NCBI GenBank assembly: GCA_018654255.1
Contig: JABILX010000003.1
Span: 13,030-77,029, forward strand
Source of the DNA: Candidatus Peregrinibacteria bacterium
Lineage (GTDB): Bacteria; Patescibacteriota; Gracilibacteria; UBA1369; LOWO2-01-FULL-3
Direction: 5' to 3'
DNA: 64,000 bases
Positions 56,527 to 64,000 of this stretch are shown here, one piece after another (position 1 is the first letter of the stretch; each line of letters opens with the position of its first letter). The notes below the pieces were generated by a model that worked only from the letters and a program-made list of their open reading frames with translations, was not told the origin of the DNA and did not search any database. The translations under genes and the position numbers were made by a program.

Positions 56527-57936
56527 TCACGCCGCCAGAACCCCCTGAGGACCAGACAACACCTTCTCAAACTTTCCAACGTGTTCCAAGAAGTTCTGAG
56601 ACGGAACATTCCACGTCCCAAAGTGCTGTCGATAAAAAGGAATGTCTCCAGCCACTTTGTTACCTTTAGCCTCCAAAAAGAAACATACATCAACTGCCTC
56701 AGACCCAAGAGCCTGCAAAGCCGGAATAATCTTTCTTAAAGTAGTTCCCGTCACCGCATCATTTTCACAAACCAAAATCCTTTTAGCTTCAGTTACAGGC
56801 TTGAAATTCATGCCAACATTTCTCCAGACAGGTTCTCTGTTTTCCCATTCTCGATCTTTTTGATGCCACTCAATATACCTAACATTTCCTCCCATTAATT
56901 CACAAAGCGCAGCCATAGAACATCCAGCATTCATAACACCAACGATCAAGTCATATTGACTAATCAACTCCCCAGCAGCATTAATCATATCAGGCCGAAT
57001 CTCAGTATTCATACTCTCTAGAGGCAATCCTACCTGCCCAGCATAATCCAAAAAGGACCCAAGATTCCCGCGCAATCTATCCTTCACCAAACCATCAACA
57101 AAAGAATCCTTCAAAACTGTCTCAAAATCATCTCCATCACAATCACCATCATGATATTTTAAATAACGAGAAATATAAATCTCCATTTCCTCTTCCGTAA
57201 AAGTACGATAAATCTCGGGAGGTATATGGTAATCATATTCATTCGAATAAACAAACCCTCTGCCATATCTCTTAAGCTCATCATCCAGACCCAACATATT
57301 AAAACCATCTGCAATACCATAAACATTCTTGGAATTTACAAATAATTCATTGATAAATAAAAGGAATTCTTTTAATTCAATTTGCTGTTGACCATCAAGA
57401 GGTTCACCAGATTCATACGAATATTCTTTTCTTACATGATTAACTAATTTTTTAGCCAACTCCATTGAAATATCGCGCCTCGTTTCAGGAGAGTAAGTGG
57501 AATCAAGATACCTATTTCCACATTTTTTAAGACTATCATCAGGAAACCTTTCAGCCAACATATCTCCATCGACAACAACACCCAACAAATCTGCTCTACA
57601 AACAGCACGTACCTCATCAGCCAAATCAAAATCTCCAAGGGCAAGTATCCTATCAACTTCCTCCCCAACTCCCTCCACAATCCCCTCAACGAGATAACGG
57701 TCTCTCAATGCATAAATCTCAACCATCATTTTCTCCAGTTTTGTTTGAAAGCCAGGGATAAAACGTTTTGAAAAAGCAGCAATTTCCCCATCATTTCTAA
57801 TCATGAGTTTAGAAGCCCTGTCATCCTCTCCAAGCATCCAAAAAGCCTCAACATTACCGGTACTTCGAATCTGATGAAGCACGTCACCTGGTTGAAAATC
57901 AATGGTCTCCGAATTTGTAGGCGGTCGATTTCTCAT
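56527..57936 (-). CDS. protein with C-terminal phosphoribosyltransferase-like domain and unknown ~300-aa N-terminal region
   Basis: The PRTase PRPP-loop-like motif RILVCENDAVTGTTLRKI lies about 65 aa from the C-terminus, preceded by YDLIVGVMNAGCSMAA. Confidence 0.5.
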   Translation of the reverse strand: MRNRPPTNSETIDFQPGDVLHQIRSTGNVEAFWMLGEDDRASKLMIRNDGEIAAFSKRFIPGFQTKLEKMMVEIYALRDRYLVEGIVEGVGEEVDRILALGDFDLADEVRAVCRADLLGVVVDGDMLAERFPDDSLKKCGNRYLDSTYSPETRRDISMELAKKLVNHVRKEYSYESGEPLDGQQQIELKEFLLFINELFVNSKNVYGIADGFNMLGLDDELKRYGRGFVYSNEYDYHIPPEIYRTFTEEEMEIYISRYLKYHDGDCDGDDFETVLKDSFVDGLVKDRLRGNLGSFLDYAGQVGLPLESMNTEIRPDMINAAGELISQYDLIVGVMNAGCSMAALCELMGGNVRYIEWHQKDREWENREPVWRNVGMNFKPVTEAKRILVCENDAVTGTTLRKIIPALQALGSEAVDVCFFLEAKGNKVAGDIPFYRQHFGTWNVPSQNFLEHVGKFEKVLSGPQGVLAA

Positions 57937-58045
57937 GAATTTTAATAAGCAAAAAACAAAGAGAAGATATTGTACCAGAAACCCTCAAAAAAGCAACCCC
58001 TTTGAAAAACTCCGCTCAAATTTGCGAGGGATCTCCCTTTGACAT

Positions 58046-58393
58046 ATGATAACACCAATGAACACATTAGAATTCCTCAGACAGTTTCGTTTCAGTGGTT
58101 ACGCTATCTTTGATTTAGTAGCAGCCTTACTTGGTATTTATTTGATATCACCTCTCCTATCCAAACTCTTTTTGAAAATCAGAATTGATATTCCAAAACT
58201 CAACTGGCTATATTTGACCTTACCAATAGGAATACTCGTTCATCTCTTGGTTGGAGAAATGACCCCCATGACTGTAGATTTCCTGAACATACACGACCAT
58301 TACATTTTGAAAATACTGACGATCGGATTATTAGTCCTAGGATTGAGAAACATAAAAATAAGGAAAAAACACAAAGCCACTAACCAACGTTGA
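58046..58393 (+). CDS. hypothetical membrane protein
   Basis: 115 aa with three to four hydrophobic segments. Confidence 0.4.
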   Translation: MITPMNTLEFLRQFRFSGYAIFDLVAALLGIYLISPLLSKLFLKIRIDIPKLNWLYLTLPIGILVHLLVGEMTPMTVDFLNIHDHYILKILTIGLLVLGLRNIKIRKKHKATNQR

Positions 58394-58457
58394 CCAATAA
58401 CATACTCCAACATATGATGTGGTCATCAACTTTTTAATAATCTAAACCAAAACCATC

Positions 58458-59033
58458 ATGCCAACTTTAGAAGGATCAAAAACCGAAAAAAATCTATTAA
58501 AATCTTTCGCTGGAGAATCTCAAGCCAGAATGCGCTATGACTATTTTGCAAAACAAGCAAAAAAAGAAGGGTTAGAACAAATCTCAGCTATTTTTGAAGA
58601 AACAGCCCTCAACGAAAAAGAACACGCAAAAAGATTCTTTAAATTTTTGGAAGGCAGACCTGTTGAAATCACAGCCACCTACCCTGCTGGAAAAATAGGA
58701 ACAAGCCTTGAAAACCTAAAAGCCTCAGCCGAAGGAGAAAACGAAGAATGGACAGAACTATACCCAGAATTCGCCAAAATAGCAGAAGAAGAAGGCTTTC
58801 AAGAAATAGCAGATACTTTCACAAAAATAGCAGAAGTTGAAAAAGCTCACGAAGAAAGATACAAAAAGCTATACAAAAACCTGGAAAAAGGAAACGTTTT
58901 CACCAGCAACGACACCATAACTTGGAAATGCAGAAATTGCGGATACTTACACCAAGGAACTTCTGCTCCAGAAATATGCCCAGCTTGCCTACACCCACAA
59001 GCACACTTCCAAATCAAAGAAAATAATTACTAA
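58458..59033 (+). CDS. rbr: rubrerythrin
   Basis: Ferritin-like diiron motifs ([36 protein letters not shown]) plus the C-terminal rubredoxin CRNCGY...CPAC. Confidence 0.9.
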   Translation: MPTLEGSKTEKNLLKSFAGESQARMRYDYFAKQAKKEGLEQISAIFEETALNEKEHAKRFFKFLEGRPVEITATYPAGKIGTSLENLKASAEGENEEWTELYPEFAKIAEEEGFQEIADTFTKIAEVEKAHEERYKKLYKNLEKGNVFTSNDTITWKCRNCGYLHQGTSAPEICPACLHPQAHFQIKENNY

Positions 59034-59080
59034 GCCTGGTTGGCTTAAATATTAGAGCATACATAAAAAAGAAAAATTGA

Positions 59081-59170
59081 ATTTCACCCACTCTCCCAAG
59101 TCTGACAGTGGCACGTCGCTTCGCTCAATTGTACCACCGCCAGACTTCGTACATACTCCGACCGTTAGCC
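59081..59170 (+). repeat. orphan attC-like half site (central block plus right arm)
   Basis: ATTTCACCCA..., hairpin AAGTCTGACAGTGGCAC/GTACCACCGCCAGACTT, then CGTACATAC-tccgacc-GTTAGCC. No matching left arm is seen nearby. Confidence 0.45.
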
Positions 59171-59253
59171 AAAATATCTCTCAAATTCACCTTCACATTT
59201 GACAAAAAAGAGTAGTTAGAACTAAAATATTCTCCTTTTAACCAATCTAAATT

Positions 59254-59913
59254 ATGGCAGGACTAAAAGAAGTAGCACTACTCAGCATTGCATTAGCACT
59301 AGCACCCAGTTGCGCCCACCACGACATAAACAACGGAAGAAATCACCCCCCCAAAACAAAAACTACTGAAAGAGTAGAAGAATCCCGACTTGCACTACAA
59401 AAAGTACTCACCGAAGAACATCCAGATCATCCTCCTGCCTACGAAGCTGAGAAACAAGAAGTTCCTGTACTAAAAGTTGTAGACGGAGACACTGTTGATG
59501 TTTATTACAAGGGGAAAAAAGAAAGAATTAGAATAATTGGAATAAACACCCCTGAAACAGTCCATCCATCAAAACCAGTAGAATGCTTTGGGCGAGAAGC
59601 GTCGAATAAAATGAAAGAATTGCTAGAAGGTCAAAAAATTATTATCAGAACAGGACAAGGCTCAGGGGACAGAGGTAAATATGGTCGCCTTTTAAGGTAT
59701 ATAGAGCTTGGTGGTGAAGACATCGGTGCTAAAATGATCGAAGAAGGATACGCCTTTGCCTATAAAAAATATCCTCATGAAAGGTTAGAGGAATACACTA
59801 AACTTGAAAGACAAGCGAGAGAAAACGGAGTCGGATTATGGGCTGAAGGAGTATGTGACGATTTCGTCCCACCACCAAAACCAGAATGGCATCCAGTTCC
59901 TGAAAAAAAATAA
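59254..59913 (+). CDS. thermonuclease (SNase-family) lipoprotein
   Basis: Signal peptide plus lipobox (ALAPSC). SNase blocks are VVDGDTVDV, RIRIIGINTPE, ECFGREAS and YGRLLRYI. Confidence 0.85.
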   Translation: MAGLKEVALLSIALALAPSCAHHDINNGRNHPPKTKTTERVEESRLALQKVLTEEHPDHPPAYEAEKQEVPVLKVVDGDTVDVYYKGKKERIRIIGINTPETVHPSKPVECFGREASNKMKELLEGQKIIIRTGQGSGDRGKYGRLLRYIELGGEDIGAKMIEEGYAFAYKKYPHERLEEYTKLERQARENGVGLWAEGVCDDFVPPPKPEWHPVPEKK

Positions 59914-60151
59914 AAACTTTTCACAACATCGTAAAAAACCCAACAGGACGAACGACATTGACAATCTCACGAAAAAGTGTAAAATTAACACCTTGTAGAA
60001 ATACCGTATTTAACCTAAAAAAAATGCGTCAATTAGAACACCAAGACGAAAACAACTTGGAATAGAGCAACAACCCTCTTCTTAACAGGTTTACGTAGGT
60101 TGACGCTATGCCATAAAAAATGTTATAATAAACAGAAGTAACATAAACGAA

Positions 60152-60754
60152 ATGGCGTCAAAAAAACTAAAATGGCCTCACCCATGCAAGCACACTCCAA
60201 AGAGATTTCTTGAAGCTTTGACATTGGATATCATGTCTATTCCAGGTCTATTCATGTCTGATGAAGCAAACGCAAAATGGCATCTAAAACACGTATGCCC
60301 ACATTGCAGCCAACACAGAAAAAGCTTTAGGGACCCAAAAGAAAAAGGAGACTTTTGCCTATGGGAAGACGCATGGAAACGCGGACACTACGTTGAATAC
60401 CCAAGAAACTTCGGAATAAAAGCTTGGATCCTATATTACTTAGGAGTCCGAACAAACATGAGAAGATTCTACAATCTATACAAAAAACTCCTAAAACAAC
60501 CGAAAACAATCAAGAGAAAAGTACATTTCATGTACATCAAAGACAAAATCATCCTCAAAGACACCAAAAAAAGATGTTGCCCAGCACACTACTGGCCACA
60601 CAAAATTCCAGATGGTAAACCAATTACAGACGAGCCATGCCACACCCACAAAAAAACATGGCGAAAAGCCCACCACAACTTCTACTGCAAATTCATAAAG
60701 TGCCCACATTACAAATTCATGAAAGAAAAAACAAAGTCAATTCCTGAGGAATAA
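60152..60754 (+). CDS. hypothetical basic Cys/His-rich protein
   Basis: 200 aa with several C/H clusters (CPHCSQH, CCPAHYWPH, CHTHKK, CKFIKCPH). No family recognised. Confidence 0.45.
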   Translation: MASKKLKWPHPCKHTPKRFLEALTLDIMSIPGLFMSDEANAKWHLKHVCPHCSQHRKSFRDPKEKGDFCLWEDAWKRGHYVEYPRNFGIKAWILYYLGVRTNMRRFYNLYKKLLKQPKTIKRKVHFMYIKDKIILKDTKKRCCPAHYWPHKIPDGKPITDEPCHTHKKTWRKAHHNFYCKFIKCPHYKFMKEKTKSIPEE

Positions 60755-60857
60755 CCCAAGAAACACCCTCTTGACAAAACCCCGGAAAGATTCTCTTGCT
60801 TTTTTCGCAAACCCTGCTAAACTATCGCTCCAATCAAGAAGTAACCATATTTGAACC

Positions 60858-61313
60858 ATGTTAGAACCATCAAGAATTTCACAAATATCAGCCATCCAGG
60901 CTCCAATAAGTCTACCAACTCACGTATCTCAAGTAGAAGAAATGGATGTACCCAATTCATACCTACCAAGAATCCTAGAATTAGCACAAGAAGCTATAGA
61001 GAAAAGTGGCAAACAACGAATAGATGGAAGCATATTATTCGACGTTATGTGCAATTTTGGTTTCAGCCAATGGCTAGAACTTCAGGAAAGAATGATCTTA
61101 ATGAGCCTAGAAACTAGCGAAGAAATAGACGAACAATTGGGCAGAGAAATCAAAAGAATAGCCCTAAACTCAGTCTTCCCACAATTGACTAAACAAGTCT
61201 TAGACCTTCAAATGACAACACAACCCGCATCTCAAGAAAGAGAAGTTTTTACAATCATACAAGACACACAGACACAGCTACCTGAAGACCTGCTACAAGC
61301 GGCTTCAATGTAA
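60858..61313 (+). CDS. hypothetical protein
   Basis: 151-aa ORF with no motif. Confidence 0.4.
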   Translation: MLEPSRISQISAIQAPISLPTHVSQVEEMDVPNSYLPRILELAQEAIEKSGKQRIDGSILFDVMCNFGFSQWLELQERMILMSLETSEEIDEQLGREIKRIALNSVFPQLTKQVLDLQMTTQPASQEREVFTIIQDTQTQLPEDLLQAASM

Positions 61314-61314
61314 T

Positions 61315-63822
61315 TTAGTCCAACTCCACCTCAGCAACATCACTCAAATCATCCATTTGATTTGCTTTGACCATATCTGATGACGTCGTGTAGAAATAAT
61401 CCCCAATATAAAGGATTCTTTCCAGCCATTTCGTATAGTCATATCCATAGTTATACTCCGCGTCAAAATTATCGTAATGCGTTACAGTTCCTCTTAGCTC
61501 AAAACCATCTTCCAAACTGACATCATAAACATAAGCTCCCTGGAATGTATAATCACCGTACGACCAACTATCCACACCAAAATCTTTCACATCCTGCGGA
61601 ATTTCAGCAATAGTGATAGGAAAGGCCATAATTCCTTTGTCCTTATCAAAAAGCAAAGCTTTGTGATTCCAACTCAGCTCACTATGAGTCCCACGATCCC
61701 CTATCACGACCTTGTGCATCTCTTCAGGATTTTCAACATCTGAAACATCAAACATCGCAAGCTTCACACCCTGATACCAAGCTCCCTCAACTCCCATATC
61801 ATCCATCTCTTCTTCCGTCATAGCATCAGTATCCAAACCAAATCCAATCAAATGATCTTCGTCATAAGGATGCAAATAATCGCTGAATCCAGGAATCTTC
61901 AATTCACCAAGAACCTCAGGATCAGTAGGATCCGAAACATCAATCACAAACAAAGGATCAATCGTCTTGAAAGTCACCATATAAGCTCGATCTCCAAGGA
62001 AACGAACAGAATAAATTTCCTCTCCAGGAGCAAGACCTTCAACACTTCCAACAACCTCCAAATCATCATCTAAGACATATAAATTATTCAAAGATGAATC
62101 ATCCCACGTCTGACCTTCAGTGGTTGCAATTCTGAAATATCCGTTATTCTCATCCATTGAGAATTGATTCAACGTTCTACCAGACACAGTCCCACTTCCA
62201 AGATACTCCATGTCATCATATCCAAGCCCAACTTTGTGAACAATCGTTTCATCTTGCCAAGAACTCGTCCATCGATCCCAGAAAACAGGATTGTAATACT
62301 GCTCAGCTATATACAAATTATCCCTAGATGAATAAACATTCAAACTAGATCCCAAAACAGCTTCACTCTTCACCACAGAATCACTATCAGATATATCAAT
62401 CGCCGAAACAACCATATAATCAGAGCTACTTGAACCAGGAACATACATCACATCTCCACAACTACAAGTCGCCTGAATATCATCAACCGCACTGTCAGCA
62501 TAAAGAGGAACAACATCCTCATACGGCATATCATCCCAATCTTCCTCAACCCAACTCCAATAATTCGAATATTTATTTGTAATTAAATAAAGAACATCAT
62601 CAACTTTTCTAGAAGTTGAATAATACCCCTCAAAATCAACCTGCCTCTCAACAACAGGCTCGCTTCGATCACTAATATCCAAAACGTAAACCTCTACCAA
62701 ATCCGTATACACATCACCATATCCCCTATCGTCTACCTCAGAAACAAAGTAATCCAAATATTCATAAGCACTACCAATCACAACCAACCTATCCCCATCA
62801 ACATACATTTCACTCGGATAGAAATCTTCATTACCAAAAGTCACTACAGCCACTTCAGCCATTTCTTCAGGTGGATAAGCCTTGATAATCCTCACAGTAC
62901 TATCCTTGATAGTATAAACATATTCAGCATCATTCTTTACAATATCAGCTTCATCAACTCCTTCTACTTGGATGTTCGTAGTTGAGAATTCAGCGCCACC
63001 TTCCGCACCTCCCTCAGCTCCAGCCGTTGAAACAGACTCCTCAGCCATATCCATCTCCATCGCAGCAGGCTCAGCAAACATAATATCATCCTCCCACATA
63101 CCTCTCATAGAAACATTATAAGAGTCCATATTCACACCCAAGAAACCCTTCAACTCCTCACAATCATCAAAAGCAGTCAACTCCGCAACCACAGTCTCCC
63201 CACTCATAACCCCCTCGTAAGTATTTGAAAGACCGTAAAAATTCTCACTATCAATTTTATAAATCATATCCGACATTTCAGCGCGGGTCATGGTTTTACC
63301 AAAATCTTCGACCGACGCTGGAATCGCATTCAAACCCTCCAACGAAACAACAAACTGTTGAAACCAATTATCATCTAAATCTAAGTCCAATTCCAACCCA
63401 AGCAAATTCGCAACCATCTTGCTCGCCTCAGCAAAATTGATTTCTTGCTCAGGCCTGAAAGTCCCATCATCATACCCCTCAACAAACTTCAATTCAGCAG
63501 CCTTACATATATAAGGAGCAAACCATTCATCAGAAACATCCTCAAAACAATCCTCTCCCTCCTCTTCATACTCAGTCGCACCCATCACAATCTTCAGAAA
63601 CTCAGCACGATTGATATTATCGTCAGGCTTGTACGTCCCATCGTCGTAACCATCCACAACTTCATTATCTTCAAGATAATTTACAGCATTCAAATTTGGA
63701 TGGTCATAAGACACATCAGAAAAAGCCGCCGCCGAATCCATTACCGGCAGAAATGCCGCCAACAAGGCAATAATAGAAAAAATAGCGATCAGAACTTTTG
63801 TAAAAGTTTTCTTTTTACTCAT
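61315..63822 (-). CDS. secreted SLH-domain protein with C-terminal beta-propeller domain (COG4880-like)
   Basis: The likely start is MSKKKTF (63822) with a signal peptide. SLH repeats (DGYDDGTYKPDDNINRAEFLKI) are followed by the block FLGDRAYMVTFKTIDPLFVIDVSDPTDPEVLGELKIPGFSDYLHPYDEDHLIGFG, typical of the beta-propeller family. Confidence 0.7.
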   Translation of the reverse strand: MSKKKTFTKVLIAIFSIIALLAAFLPVMDSAAAFSDVSYDHPNLNAVNYLEDNEVVDGYDDGTYKPDDNINRAEFLKIVMGATEYEEEGEDCFEDVSDEWFAPYICKAAELKFVEGYDDGTFRPEQEINFAEASKMVANLLGLELDLDLDDNWFQQFVVSLEGLNAIPASVEDFGKTMTRAEMSDMIYKIDSENFYGLSNTYEGVMSGETVVAELTAFDDCEELKGFLGVNMDSYNVSMRGMWEDDIMFAEPAAMEMDMAEESVSTAGAEGGAEGGAEFSTTNIQVEGVDEADIVKNDAEYVYTIKDSTVRIIKAYPPEEMAEVAVVTFGNEDFYPSEMYVDGDRLVVIGSAYEYLDYFVSEVDDRGYGDVYTDLVEVYVLDISDRSEPVVERQVDFEGYYSTSRKVDDVLYLITNKYSNYWSWVEEDWDDMPYEDVVPLYADSAVDDIQATCSCGDVMYVPGSSSSDYMVVSAIDISDSDSVVKSEAVLGSSLNVYSSRDNLYIAEQYYNPVFWDRWTSSWQDETIVHKVGLGYDDMEYLGSGTVSGRTLNQFSMDENNGYFRIATTEGQTWDDSSLNNLYVLDDDLEVVGSVEGLAPGEEIYSVRFLGDRAYMVTFKTIDPLFVIDVSDPTDPEVLGELKIPGFSDYLHPYDEDHLIGFGLDTDAMTEEEMDDMGVEGAWYQGVKLAMFDVSDVENPEEMHKVVIGDRGTHSELSWNHKALLFDKDKGIMAFPITIAEIPQDVKDFGVDSWSYGDYTFQGAYVYDVSLEDGFELRGTVTHYDNFDAEYNYGYDYTKWLERILYIGDYFYTTSSDMVKANQMDDLSDVAEVELD

Positions 63823-63847
63823 AGAAATGGGGTTAAGAGGTTGGAGT

Positions 63848-63893
63848 TCGGACTTAACTATAGGCTTTACCTGAGTCCGAACTTGACTATAAA
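63848..63893 (+). promoter_or_regulatory. 46-bp promoter-like unit with tandem boxes, locus 2
   Basis: TCGGACTTAACTA (63848) and CCGAACTTGACTA (63877) have the same 29-bp offset and a similar spacer (CTTTAC.T.AGT) as 41652-41697. The unit ends in TATAAA. Confidence 0.4.
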
Positions 63894-64000
63894 AAAGCAC
63901 CCACAAGTCTACAAGAAACTGCGAAAAAAGGCTAGAGAGGAAGAGGACGGCCCCTGCCCTTCCCTTCCAAAAAACTTTCCGCTAATATAACGAGCGCCCA

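Noticed and set aside
59914-60151. Further attC-like site after the nuclease gene (CAACATCGTA..., GCGTCAA/TTGACGC)
   Set aside because: There is only a 7-bp inverted repeat and a short resemblance to the right-arm prefix. No CGTT box or L/R architecture is present.

Overview
This window looks like a chromosomal segment from a small-genome, fermentative bacterium of the CPR/Patescibacteria type; that taxonomic call is inferred from gene content only. I support about 60 protein genes, one tRNA-Glu, and no rRNA or CRISPR.

The housekeeping backbone includes:
- gltX, pta-ackA, and an archaeal-type AMP phosphorylase with a ribose-1,5-bisphosphate isomerase
- the rpmH-rnpA-yidC-jag cluster
- nifS/iscS, a class II ribonucleotide reductase, comEC and mraY
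- an ECF sigma / anti-sigma pair, fbp, rsmH-ftsL and gap
- a CIRCE-controlled hrcA-grpE-dnaK operon, and cspA

The most unusual region is about 49-59 kb.
- **Cassette array:** a HicAB-like pair and an IntI-like tyrosine recombinase of Xer length sit next to an array of short ORF units, all on the same strand.
- **attC-like sites:** the units are separated by 120-190 bp imperfect palindromes. The left box of each palindrome complements the right box of the preceding site, which is the chained pattern produced by integron cassette insertion.
- **Foreign composition:** the cassettes lack the host strand bias.
- **Island boundaries:** the block is bracketed by diverged direct repeats of a thermonuclease gene 3' end.

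Other notable points:
- The top strand is strongly A+C-rich whichever strand carries the gene.
- A large gene of tandem winged-helix-like modules needs a -1 shift at an A7 run.
- Two families of two-copy structured repeats show compensatory stem changes.
- The tRNA-Glu 3' end is duplicated 176 bp downstream.
- A 46-bp promoter-like unit is shared by two loci.

All calls come from reading the sequence and recalling family motifs; no searches were run.
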